A stretch of DNA of 64,000 bases from Candidatus Shapirobacteria bacterium (GTDB lineage: Bacteria > Patescibacteriota > Microgenomatia > UBA12405): the NCBI GenBank assembly GCA_028704635.1, contig JAQWFB010000002.1, forward strand, positions 128,693 through 192,692, in the 5' to 3' direction. Positions 40,056-49,277 of this stretch are shown here, piece after piece. Every line of letters starts with the position of its first letter. The first letter of the stretch is position 1. Under the pieces are notes generated by a model. The model made no database searches and had not been told where the DNA came from. It saw only the letters and a program-made list of their open reading frames with translations. A program made the position numbers and the translations under genes.

Positions 40056-40381
40056 TTTATGAATTTTTCCACTTCCTTTTCAACTTCATCATACTTTTTA
40101 CCTAAAATTTCTTTCTTCATCAAAAAAATTATTCTAGTCCCATTTTCAAATCTTTCTAAATTTTCTCGCACCACTTCCGATAGAATTCTTCTAATTTTAT
40201 TTCTGTCCACCGCCCTTTTGGAAATTTTTTTTGATACTATAAACCCAAATTTTTTCTGGTCATCATTTTCTTTACAAGTCAAAAAACCAAAAAGAGGGGA
40301 GTATAAAATTCTCCCTTTATTTTTAATTTCTGTAAATTCTTTTTTTAACCTAATTCTATTTTCTCTTTTCAACACCACCAA
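40052..40381 (-). CDS. rnpA: RNase P protein component
   Basis: 109-aa basic protein with the KKISKRAVDRNKIRR motif, located between rpmH and yidD. Confidence 0.8.
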   Translation of the reverse strand: MVVLKRENRIRLKKEFTEIKNKGRILYSPLFGFLTCKENDDQKKFGFIVSKKISKRAVDRNKIRRILSEVVRENLERFENGTRIIFLMKKEILGKKYDEVEKEVEKFIK

Positions 40382-40392
40382 TTATACTAAAA

Positions 40393-40530
40393 TTAGCCAG
40401 TTATTTTCTTTCTACCCTTAGCTCTTCTTCTTTTAAGCACATTTCTACCATCATGATCCATCATTCTTTTTAAAAATCCATGAACTCGGGCATGTTTTTT
40501 TGCTTTTCGTTGTAAAGTCATTTTTGTCAT
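40393..40530 (-). CDS. rpmH: 50S ribosomal protein L34. It is 45 aa and is not in the ORF track because it falls below the size cut-off.
   Basis: Minus-strand translation gives MTKMTLQRKAKKHARVHGFLKRMMDHDGRNVLKRRRAKGRKKITG, which matches the L34 consensus (...RRRAKGRKRL). Confidence 0.85.
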   Translation of the reverse strand: MTKMTLQRKAKKHARVHGFLKRMMDHDGRNVLKRRRAKGRKKITG

Positions 40531-40565
40531 AGCTGCTATTTTAACATAAAATAATCACCAAAACA

Positions 40566-40607
40566 GCCTCCCTGTTAAGGGAGGTGCCCGCAGGGCGAAG
40601 GGTTTAA
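40566..40607. repeat. Palindromic element, intergenic (between rpmH and dnaA)
   Basis: CCTCCCTGTTAAGGGAGGTG + CCCGCAGGG + CGAAGGGTTTAATTT. Confidence 0.8.
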
Positions 40608-40619
40608 TTTGATATCTTT

Positions 40620-40680
40620 TCTTTTGTGGAAAACTCATCTAATATAAACATTACCCCAATCGATTTTTCCACAATTTCGA
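40620..40680 (+). promoter_or_regulatory. DnaA-box-like sites (TTTTCCACA, present twice) in the dnaA upstream region
   Basis: TGTGGAAAA at 40625-40633 (reverse orientation) and TTTTCCACA at 40665-40673. Each has one mismatch to TTATCCACA. Confidence 0.4.
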
Positions 40681-40738
40681 TTTTAAATTCCTGCCTATTT
40701 AACCGTTATTTTTTATGTTGTAAATTTTACAATCCATT

Positions 40739-42082
40739 ATGGATAATATTGAAAGAATTTGGAAAAATACTCAAGAAGAGTTAAAAATAACTCTTGCTCC
40801 AGCTATCTTTCAAACCTTTGTTCTAAAAACCCAATTAATTAGTCTCGAAAACAATCTTGCCATTATCGGTTGCCCTAATACCTACTCTGTTGATTTTAAT
40901 AAAAAACGCCACTACGACATCATTAAAAACGCCCTCGATAATCAAACTAAAAACGACAACACTCTTAATTTTATTGTCCAAGAAAATTTAAAAACTGATT
41001 TTGACACCACCAACAATACTCCACTTTTTTCCTATTCTCCCAACAGAGCTAATAATTCTTTTCTTCACCCCAAATACACTTTTGAAAACCTAATTGTCGG
41101 CAATAGTAATAACTTTGCCTTCGCTGCTGCTCAAGGTATTATTAAAAACCCCGGTCTTTCTTACAATCCTTTCTTTATTTGGGGTGGAGTAGGGGTTGGA
41201 AAAACTCACCTTATGCAAGCTATCGGCCATGAACTTCTTAAAAATAATCCTGATTTAAAAATAAAATATTTCTCCGCCGAAAATTTTGGCAATGAGTTGG
41301 TCAGTGCCCTTAAAACAAAAACCATGAATCAATTTAAAGAAAAATACCGTAATTTAGACTGTATTCTTGTTGACGATATTCAATTTATTGCCGGTAAAGA
41401 ATATACCCAACAAGAATTTTTTCACACTTTTAATGCTCTCCATATGAACGGTAAACAGGTCATTTTAACCTCCGACCGTAAACCTAGCGAGATTGACCAT
41501 CTTGAAGATCGTCTTGTCTCTCGTTTTATGGGTGGATTAACTGTCGACATCCAGCTTCCCGACTATGAAATGCGTATTGCTATTATCAGCCAAAAAATCG
41601 AAGAAAAGGGGATTAATATTACCCCCGAAGCTGTTGAATTTTTAGCCAACAATATTGAATCAAACATTCGTGAAATTGAAGGTAAGCTTCAACAAATTTC
41701 CGTTCAATCTCTTTCTCAACAAACAGAGGAAATTGATCTTTCTTTTGTTCAAAACTTTTTTAATCCAAACCTACGAACCAACACCTACGAACCAACCCCT
41801 AAATTAAACCCTCGTCATATTATCTCTGTCTGCGCTAAACATTTTAATATTAAAACCAGTGACCTTTGTGGAAAAAGTCGCAAGAAAGAATTAGTCACCG
41901 CTCGTCATATTACCGCCTACTTACTTCTAACCCAAATAAACCTACCTTTAGAAGAAGTTGGCCATCTCCTTGGTGGTCGTGACCACACCAGTATTATGCA
42001 CGCTCGAGACAAAATTCAAAGTGACTTTTCCACTAATCCACAAACCCGACAACTTATCAACCAAATTAAAAACACTTTTTAA
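40739..42082 (+). CDS. dnaA: Chromosomal replication initiator DnaA
   Basis: Walker A (GGVGVGKTHLMQAIG), the sensor motifs and a C-terminal DNA-binding domain (HTSIMHARDKI). Confidence 0.95.
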   Translation: MDNIERIWKNTQEELKITLAPAIFQTFVLKTQLISLENNLAIIGCPNTYSVDFNKKRHYDIIKNALDNQTKNDNTLNFIVQENLKTDFDTTNNTPLFSYSPNRANNSFLHPKYTFENLIVGNSNNFAFAAAQGIIKNPGLSYNPFFIWGGVGVGKTHLMQAIGHELLKNNPDLKIKYFSAENFGNELVSALKTKTMNQFKEKYRNLDCILVDDIQFIAGKEYTQQEFFHTFNALHMNGKQVILTSDRKPSEIDHLEDRLVSRFMGGLTVDIQLPDYEMRIAIISQKIEEKGINITPEAVEFLANNIESNIREIEGKLQQISVQSLSQQTEEIDLSFVQNFFNPNLRTNTYEPTPKLNPRHIISVCAKHFNIKTSDLCGKSRKKELVTARHITAYLLLTQINLPLEEVGHLLGGRDHTSIMHARDKIQSDFSTNPQTRQLINQIKNTF

Positions 42083-42393
42083 TCCCAAAAAAGTTTTCCA
42101 CTTTCTACCACCACTTATCCACATTTTTATCCACAATCACTATTATCTTTTTCCCCCGAAGTTTACCCAAACTCAAAATCAAATTATAAGCTACAACTAC
42201 TCTTTTTTACCCAACATTCAATCATTTTTTATTTTCTAACACTCTAACTAATTCAATTAGAACACAACTTTCCATTATTTTTAAAACTACCCCACTTATC
42301 AACACTCTCTACTAATCATTACTACTATTTTTGATATTAAATATCTTTATTAACAACCTTTAAACCCAAATCATTTTTTGATAATATAAGTCA
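42083..42393 (+). promoter_or_regulatory. Putative oriC: AT-rich dnaA-dnaN spacer with two perfect DnaA boxes
   Basis: TTATCCACA occurs at 42115-42123 and at 42127-42135. The region is about 80% AT and contains further near-boxes (TTATCAACA at about 42293). Confidence 0.65.
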
Positions 42394-43512
42394 ATGAAAC
42401 TTTCCCTTTTACAAGAAAATTTAAACACAGCCCTAACCAATGTTTCTCGATTTGTCTCTTCTAAAAATCAACTACCTATATTAAATAATATTTTATTATC
42501 AACCGATAATGGTCGACTTAAACTTTCAGCTACCAACTTAGAATTAAGTATTAATTATTGGATCGGAGCCAAGATCGAAGAAGAGGGGACAATTACTATT
42601 CCTTCAAAAGAAATCACCGAGTTTGTTTCATATTTAACTCCCGGAAAAATCGATCTATCTCTAAAAGGAAACAATCTTTTAAATTTATCTTCATCAAAAA
42701 CCGAGTCAACTTTCACTACTAATCCTTCTACTGATTACCCTGATTTTCCCACTCTCAATCCAGACACCTGTTTTGAACTAGACTTAAATGTTTTAACCCA
42801 AGCCGTTTCCCAAATCGCTTTTTCTGCCGCCACCGACGATACCCGTCCAGTTTTAACTGCCATTCTTTGCCAGTTTACTTCTGATAGTTTAAATTTAGTT
42901 GCCACCGACGGTTTTCGTTTATCTTTTAAAAATATTAAATTAATTAACCCTATTGATTTAAAAACCGACCAAATCACTTTTTTAATTCCTGCCAAAAGCC
43001 TTTTAGAGGTCACTAAACTCGCTAAAACCAACACTAAAATTAAAATAGGCTTAACATCTGATGAACATCAAGTAGTCTTCGTTCTAGACGATGTAGAGTT
43101 GGTCTCTCGACTTATTGAAGGGGAGTATCCCGCCTACCAAAGAATTGTTCCAGAATCTTTTTCCACCAAAGTCTTTCTAAATAAAGACGAATTAACTCAA
43201 GCTGTTAAAATCGCCTCTGTTTTTGCCAAAGAATCAGCCAATATTGTTCGTTTTAATATTAAAACTAATTCTATTGAACTTACTGCTAATGCTCCTCAAA
43301 TTGGCCAAAATAAGGCCACCATTGATGCTAAAATCGAAGGCGAAACCCTGGAAATTGCCTTTAATTATAAATTCTTAATGGATTTTCTCAGTGTTTGCAA
43401 AAGCCAAGAAATTATTATTGAATTAAACGAATCCTTAACCCCAGCCTTTTTTCATGACCAATCAGATAAAGATTTTTCTCACATCATCATGCCTGTCCGT
43501 CTCCAAGACTAA
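42394..43512 (+). CDS. dnaN: DNA polymerase III beta sliding clamp
   Basis: 372 aa with a three-domain beta-clamp architecture, immediately after dnaA. Confidence 0.9.
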   Translation: MKLSLLQENLNTALTNVSRFVSSKNQLPILNNILLSTDNGRLKLSATNLELSINYWIGAKIEEEGTITIPSKEITEFVSYLTPGKIDLSLKGNNLLNLSSSKTESTFTTNPSTDYPDFPTLNPDTCFELDLNVLTQAVSQIAFSAATDDTRPVLTAILCQFTSDSLNLVATDGFRLSFKNIKLINPIDLKTDQITFLIPAKSLLEVTKLAKTNTKIKIGLTSDEHQVVFVLDDVELVSRLIEGEYPAYQRIVPESFSTKVFLNKDELTQAVKIASVFAKESANIVRFNIKTNSIELTANAPQIGQNKATIDAKIEGETLEIAFNYKFLMDFLSVCKSQEIIIELNESLTPAFFHDQSDKDFSHIIMPVRLQD

Positions 43513-43603
43513 TTTATTGCCCGTAAATAATTTTAACAATCAACATTATTACCACCATCAGACCTAAAAAAAATAATATTTGATATTTTTTAATTAAATT
43601 CAT

Positions 43604-44035
43604 TTAGTCTTTAACTCTAAATTCAATTTCATGGTTAGGTGGATTTATATCTTTACTTATTATCCATTTATTAATCAATTCTTTTATTTCTTCCTGATTT
43701 TCACTTTTTGAAACATAAACCACCAAAGTCATATTTTTAATATAATGACTAATTTTAAATCGATCAGTTTCGTAAGGTAGGCTCTCCCATAATGGGTGAG
43801 TTGTTAAATAATCATCAGATTCCTTTTTATTCTGTTTCACTTCTTCTTCATTTGGATTAATTAACTCTTCTCCCAGCTCTGAAGCAGTTTTGGTCGGAAT
43901 CGGAGATATTGTAATTTGATTGATTGTTTCATTTATCTTATTATTCTTATTTTGTTCCCAAAACAATAACCAAAAGATTAAAACTAATAAAACAACACCA
44001 ATTATTATCAATATTATTTTTTTTAAATTTGACAT
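43604..44035 (-). CDS. Small signal-anchored hypothetical protein
   Basis: 143 aa with an N-terminal TM helix. It is the last gene of the minus-strand T4SS-like operon. Confidence 0.45.
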   Translation of the reverse strand: MSNLKKIILIIIGVVLLVLIFWLLFWEQNKNNKINETINQITISPIPTKTASELGEELINPNEEEVKQNKKESDDYLTTHPLWESLPYETDRFKISHYIKNMTLVVYVSKSENQEEIKELINKWIISKDINPPNHEIEFRVKD

Positions 44036-45969
44036 TAGTTACAATTCCATACTATCGCATTTTTTCCTCTAATATAATCATCAATATTATCTCCAGCCAT
44101 ATTTCTAATTCCTCCTCTACCATCCCAATTAGCTTCAGATAATACAAAACTTCTATCTGTCCTTAATACCGACAACACTTGTATATGGTGATAACTTGTT
44201 GGGAAATGAATAAAATCACCGGCACCAGCTTGGGTTGAACTAACTTCAGCACATACATTGTTTCCATACCACCAATATGATCTTCCTATTGTTCCTTGAC
44301 GTAATTTTTGATTAGTCGCTTGAGCAAAAATAATACATTGAAGATTGCCAGAACTAGAGGTTCCGTTGATTCCAATAGAACTGTCTATTGTTTGAATAAA
44401 AAAATTTTTATTAAAACCAGATATTGGTGTCCAATTATTAATACTGTTTTTAACAAACCCCCAATTTCCAGAATTAACATTTTTTACTCCCAAATTATTC
44501 AAATAAAAAACCAAATTACAGGCATTACTTTGATTACAATCCTCAATAAATTGCGGGCTGGATATGTTTGAAGTTAAACTTGAATCATCATAAACACTTT
44601 TGGGTGGCACTAAACTTGAAACCGAATTTCCCAACAACATCTGGTATCCAAATAACCCCCCAAAAACCAAAAGTAATATTGGCCCCACTGCCGCCGCCGA
44701 TATCGCTCCAATTAAAAGAAACGGCAAACCCACCACAAACATCCCACCACCAATAATTGCTCCACCTACTTTTCCAAAATTTTCTTCTAAACCTTTTTTA
44801 ATTCCTATTCCCAGTTTTTCCGCTATTTTACTAACTGCATTTTTTAACATTTTAGCCGCCGCCGCCACCGCTACCACAATCGCCCCTATTCCAGTTGCCG
44901 AAACTGCTGCTGCCCCAGCTGCGGTTACTGCTCCTGCCGCCGCCGCAGTACCAGTCGTTGCTGCTGCTTTAACTCCACCACCTAAAATTCCACTTAAAAC
45001 TGTGGAAATTCCTTTTTGAAATCCTTGTTCCGCTATTACCCCTAAAGAATTTTTTGCAAACTCACCCACTGCCTGATTTCCAATTTTAGTTACCAATTTT
45101 TGACCAGCCCCAGACATTGTCTTGTTTAGCCATCCTCCCGTCAATTTATCCACTCTTCCATACCAACCTAAATAACCTTGAGTTTTAGAAAATAAATTAC
45201 TCACACCTTGATCATTAAAACCAGAAATTACATTCTCAAATGACCGTGTCTCTTTTATATTTCCTGGCAAATTAACGTTTTTTAAAATACCCTTAATTGA
45301 TTCATGTTTATTTTTAATCCCTTTTACTTCTTCCGGCTTTTTAGTTAAAAAATTAGTCACTCCTCTTAAATCAGTCCAAGCATTTTCCAGCTTACCTGGA
45401 CTATATGTTTGGTTATTGGCTTGTAGTGCCTCGTCTTTATGCTCATCAATTATACTTTCACTGAAATATATTTCCGAAACTAATTTACCATATGCCCTCA
45501 CATTATTCGATTCTTCTGCCTTCAAATCGGGATTCAATTTTTTAGTTTCTTCTAATAGTTTTTTTTCAAAAACTTCCTTTTTAAATTCATTTACTTCACC
45601 TATGTTTTCTTCTTTCCACCTATCAATTTCAATTTTTATTTTTTTTACCTCAATTTCCGTTCCTTGCTTGTCTTCCACTATTAAATTTTTAGAAATCACT
45701 TCTATTAGATCTTTTATTTCTTCTCCACTGGTTTTTACTTCTTCTTCTCCAATAATAGATTTAATTTTAGATTCAAGTTCATTTTTTAAATTATCATCTC
45801 CATTCAAATTTTTCGTTATTTTTTCACTTACTTCTACTACTTTCTGTTCAACCGGATTTTTATTTTTTCTGTAATCATCTATATTAAAAACTTTTACACC
45901 ACCAGAAAAATTATCTTGATCAATATCTTGTAAAGCTGAACTTCCGTCCGTTCTATTTGCCATTACCAA
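44035..45969 (-). CDS. Membrane-anchored protein with a C-terminal CHAP-like amidase/peptidase domain (T4SS-associated cell-wall hydrolase, putative)
   Basis: An N-terminal coiled-coil region is followed by a Gly/Ala-rich TM region. The C-terminal 170 aa carry CHAP-like motifs: Cys (NACNLVFYL...SGNW), His (GDFIHF) and SEANWDG. Confidence 0.5.
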   Translation of the reverse strand: MVMANRTDGSSALQDIDQDNFSGGVKVFNIDDYRKNKNPVEQKVVEVSEKITKNLNGDDNLKNELESKIKSIIGEEEVKTSGEEIKDLIEVISKNLIVEDKQGTEIEVKKIKIEIDRWKEENIGEVNEFKKEVFEKKLLEETKKLNPDLKAEESNNVRAYGKLVSEIYFSESIIDEHKDEALQANNQTYSPGKLENAWTDLRGVTNFLTKKPEEVKGIKNKHESIKGILKNVNLPGNIKETRSFENVISGFNDQGVSNLFSKTQGYLGWYGRVDKLTGGWLNKTMSGAGQKLVTKIGNQAVGEFAKNSLGVIAEQGFQKGISTVLSGILGGGVKAAATTGTAAAAGAVTAAGAAAVSATGIGAIVVAVAAAAKMLKNAVSKIAEKLGIGIKKGLEENFGKVGGAIIGGGMFVVGLPFLLIGAISAAAVGPILLLVFGGLFGYQMLLGNSVSSLVPPKSVYDDSSLTSNISSPQFIEDCNQSNACNLVFYLNNLGVKNVNSGNWGFVKNSINNWTPISGFNKNFFIQTIDSSIGINGTSSSGNLQCIIFAQATNQKLRQGTIGRSYWWYGNNVCAEVSSTQAGAGDFIHFPTSYHHIQVLSVLRTDRSFVLSEANWDGRGGIRNMAGDNIDDYIRGKNAIVWNCN

Positions 45970-45981
45970 ATTATATCAACC

Positions 45982-48570
45982 TTAAACAATCCCGTCTCCA
46001 AATAATTTATCATAATCCATTTTATTGTCTTCTTTTTTAATTTCTCCCATATTTTTTTGCCCTCCATTTTCAAGGGAGGGTGACCCCGCAGCTGCGGGGG
46101 CGGGTGGGTTTATTTCAAACACCGGCTGCGGTTTTCTCGCTAATTGAGGTGGCTGAGGTATTCGCTGTTCCTCAGTTTTAATAAAAATTGGTTTTTTTAT
46201 CTCATTTTGGTCAACCGCTACTTCTGGTCTTTTAAATAATACTGATTCAGTTTTCATTTCCGGTTTCACTTCCATCATTTCAATTTTCCTGTCAATAGAA
46301 TTATTTTGTGGCAACACTACTGGAGGTTTTTCATTAACTTCCACTGTTTTTAAATCCAAGACATCAACTTTAGGGGTAAAATTAACAGTTTTAATTTCTG
46401 TAGTTTTTAAAGGTTCCTCTTTATCAAATGGAACTAGTCCTACAGCTGTCGAGACAGAGGGGTTCTGAACTGGTTTTACTTCAATCGGCTTAATTTGAGG
46501 CTCCACTACCGGTTTAACTTGAACCGGAATTTTGTTTTCAATCTCTACCGTTTTTATTTCTGGAATATTAATTTTTGGTGCTACTTCAACTTTTTGCGGT
46601 TCAACAGGTTTATTTATTGGAGGTAATGTCGATGGAAATGTTTTGAAATCTTCCTTGTCTCGGACATAATCCGATCCGCCTGTGGCGGAAAAAGGAGATT
46701 TAGAGGGATTTTGAAATGGTTTCGTTTCTATTGGCTTAATTGGTGGCTTCATTCCATTATTTGGCTTTTGATCACTCAAAAAACTTTGCTTTTTTAAGAT
46801 ATCTTCCGGATTTGAAGTAATCAAATTATGTTCATCCACCGAAGCAATTATTTGAATTGCCACATGATTTTGACCAGCAAAAAAGATTCCTTCACCTTTA
46901 CTTGCTGATAATAATAATTGCTTTTCTCCATCACTCAAATAAAATACCTCACCAATTTGATCAATCGCCGCACTATGCTGTTTTAATAAAATTTGAATTG
47001 AGCTATTAGTCACTATTTCTTTACCATAAGCAGTCCTTAAAAAGTCATCCACGTCCTGAGTTATTGTTGTTACTCCCAAATAATATTTTCTTCCTCTTTT
47101 AACAATTCCTCTCAAAAATTCCGCCGAATCATCATGTTGCATTAAATACCAGGCTTCATCCACCACTAATATTCTTTTTTTCAATGTTTTTTTAACCATT
47201 GTCCAGATATAATCCAAAATAATTTGCATTGCCACTGGTCTTAATGCGTCCTCTAAGTTTCTAATTCCAAAAACCACAAATTTATTCGTTAAATTAACTG
47301 TTGTTTTTTGATTAAAAATCCCCGAAAACGACCCTTTAATATATTTTTCCAGTCTGGCTGCCAACCCTTTGGCCTTTTCATCCTCCATCCCAATCAAAGA
47401 TTTGTATAAATCTTCAATTAATGGTGGTTCTTTGTCTTGAGTTGCTGGATCAGGAGTAATCCCTTTCATTTTATAAGCATCCATCATTGCTCGATCCATA
47501 ATCGATTCTTCAATTGGATCCATCTCACCCAACATCACTTTTAATAATTTATGTAAAGATAAAATTTTAGTATTTAAACCATTTTCACCTTGTTCTTCAG
47601 CTAAAGTTAAATCAAACGGATTAATTTTAGAACCTTCACCATAACCGAAGGCAATATATTGACCGCCAGAATTATCACACAATTCCTTATATTCATTTTC
47701 TGGGTCAATTACAATAATATCTGTCCCCATCATTAATGATCGAAGAACTTCCAATTTAATCAAATAAGACTTACCAGCCCCAGCCATAGCAAAAACCACT
47801 GAGTTATAATTTGGCATTGAAAATCTATCAAAAATTACCAACGATCCATTATGCATATTAATTCCATACATTATTCCCTGATCATCCGATAAATCTGATG
47901 ACACAAAAGGGAAAGTAGTTGCCAAAGAAGTCGTATCCATATTTCGACTAATTGCCAATCTGTCTTGGCAAATCGGCAAAGTTGACACAAACCCATCTTC
48001 CATTTGCAACGTTGCCTTTTTACTTATAATCAACAATGCCCCCAAGGCTGCTTCTAAATTTTTATTCACTCTATCCAATTCCACCACTGAATCCGCTGTT
48101 ATTGTCACATAAAGTCCAAATTGAAAAAATCTTTCTTCACCTTTAACCAAATTAGCTTGTAAATTTAACGCATCCTCTAATTTTGCCTGTGTTGCCGGAT
48201 TAATCAATCGACCCCTTTGAATATCAGTGCTCAGCTCGGCTTCCATTTCTGTAATTTTTCGTCGAAGATCATCTAAAACTTCCTTTCCATCGGTTGGATA
48301 AATAAACATTGAAATATTTAAAGAAGAATCAAAATTAATCAACGATGATAGCCAATTAATTCCTACAAATCTTGGATATGCCGCCACAAATAAAGTTCGA
48401 TAATATTTATTATCAATTCTAATATGATTAAAATCCACTTCTAGAGCCGATGGGGCAATTATATCCTTAGTTGTTACCAACCCTTGAGTAAATTCTCTTT
48501 TATTAGGATCCACTATCGGTGTTGGTTCTGAATTATTTGCTGTTGTATTTTTTTTATTAAAAAATTTCAT
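45982..48570 (-). CDS. VirB4/TrbE-family type IV secretion ATPase with a roughly 260-aa proline-rich C-terminal extension
   Basis: Walker A (VVFAMAGAGKSYLIK), Walker B (RILVVDEAWYLMQ) and overall VirB4 architecture. The tail contains three in-frame palindromic elements. Confidence 0.8.
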   Translation of the reverse strand: MKFFNKKNTTANNSEPTPIVDPNKREFTQGLVTTKDIIAPSALEVDFNHIRIDNKYYRTLFVAAYPRFVGINWLSSLINFDSSLNISMFIYPTDGKEVLDDLRRKITEMEAELSTDIQRGRLINPATQAKLEDALNLQANLVKGEERFFQFGLYVTITADSVVELDRVNKNLEAALGALLIISKKATLQMEDGFVSTLPICQDRLAISRNMDTTSLATTFPFVSSDLSDDQGIMYGINMHNGSLVIFDRFSMPNYNSVVFAMAGAGKSYLIKLEVLRSLMMGTDIIVIDPENEYKELCDNSGGQYIAFGYGEGSKINPFDLTLAEEQGENGLNTKILSLHKLLKVMLGEMDPIEESIMDRAMMDAYKMKGITPDPATQDKEPPLIEDLYKSLIGMEDEKAKGLAARLEKYIKGSFSGIFNQKTTVNLTNKFVVFGIRNLEDALRPVAMQIILDYIWTMVKKTLKKRILVVDEAWYLMQHDDSAEFLRGIVKRGRKYYLGVTTITQDVDDFLRTAYGKEIVTNSSIQILLKQHSAAIDQIGEVFYLSDGEKQLLLSASKGEGIFFAGQNHVAIQIIASVDEHNLITSNPEDILKKQSFLSDQKPNNGMKPPIKPIETKPFQNPSKSPFSATGGSDYVRDKEDFKTFPSTLPPINKPVEPQKVEVAPKINIPEIKTVEIENKIPVQVKPVVEPQIKPIEVKPVQNPSVSTAVGLVPFDKEEPLKTTEIKTVNFTPKVDVLDLKTVEVNEKPPVVLPQNNSIDRKIEMMEVKPEMKTESVLFKRPEVAVDQNEIKKPIFIKTEEQRIPQPPQLARKPQPVFEINPPAPAAAGSPSLENGGQKNMGEIKKEDNKMDYDKLFGDGIV
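46059..46111. repeat. Palindromic element inside the virB4 tail (encodes PAPAAAGSPSLENGG)
   Basis: CCCTCCATTTTCAAGGGAGGGTG + ACCCCGCAGCTGCGGGGG + CGGGTGGGTTTATTTC. Confidence 0.8.
46438..46468. repeat. Partial palindromic element inside the virB4 tail (encodes VQNPSVSTAVGLV)
   Basis: TCCTACAGCTGTCGAGA + CAGAGGGGTTCTGAAC. Confidence 0.65.
46674..46722. repeat. Partial palindromic element inside the virB4 tail (encodes FQNPSKSPFSATGGSD)
   Basis: TCCGCCTGTGGCGGA + AAAAGGAGATTTAGAGGGATTTTGAAATGG. Confidence 0.65.
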
Positions 48571-49274
48571 TACAATTGTCCTCCTGTAACCACCGGTGCT
48601 TGATAATTTACATTCTGAACCTTTTGATTAATGGCCGTTTCTTCATTGTAAGTTCGATAAAAAAGATCAATTATTTCCTTATTACTCAAAGGTTTTATCT
48701 CTAATCCTAATCTTGAAAAAAGCCTTAATAAATGATCTCTTTTTGGCTCCAAATTAGCCTTGGCCTTTTCTAAAATATATTCCTTAGTAAAGGGTAATTC
48801 TTGACTCTTCCCTTGTGATAAAAACATTTTTACTCCTTTAACTCCACCAGTTTTAATTCCCAATTCTAAAGATGAAAAAGTAATAGCAATATAAAATGAT
48901 TTTGATAAAATATCACTTTTTTTAACTGTTTCTTCAATAAATTTTCTGTATTGACTAATTCTCTCTTTAAGACGCGGATTTAATTGTTTTTCTTCCATGT
49001 TCTGTAAATTTTTTAAATAAGAACTTACATCTTTAGCATGTGATTGAATAATAATTTGTATTGGAAAATTTAAAGAATTTATAATTCCTCCATATGCAAA
49101 GACTAATGCCGACTGTTCTGGTTCTGATAATAAATCGAAATTAACCGATGATACGCTTAAAACCGTCGAACAAGACCCATCCTTCATAATCACAATCCCA
49201 TCAATTACATCTTCTATTGGTAAATGTTCCTGGGTACTTCCTTTAATGGCAATTTTTAATGGATCTGTTGACAT
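48570..49274 (-). CDS. Hypothetical soluble protein, T4SS-associated by position
   Basis: 234-aa ORF whose stop/start overlaps virB4. Confidence 0.45.
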   Translation of the reverse strand: MSTDPLKIAIKGSTQEHLPIEDVIDGIVIMKDGSCSTVLSVSSVNFDLLSEPEQSALVFAYGGIINSLNFPIQIIIQSHAKDVSSYLKNLQNMEEKQLNPRLKERISQYRKFIEETVKKSDILSKSFYIAITFSSLELGIKTGGVKGVKMFLSQGKSQELPFTKEYILEKAKANLEPKRDHLLRLFSRLGLEIKPLSNKEIIDLFYRTYNEETAINQKVQNVNYQAPVVTGGQL

Positions 49275-49277
49275 ATT

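Noticed and set aside
44600-45019. 139-aa Ala/Pro-rich plus-strand ORF
   Set aside because: It is antisense to the Gly/Ala-rich membrane segment of the CHAP-domain protein, and is a low-complexity artefact.
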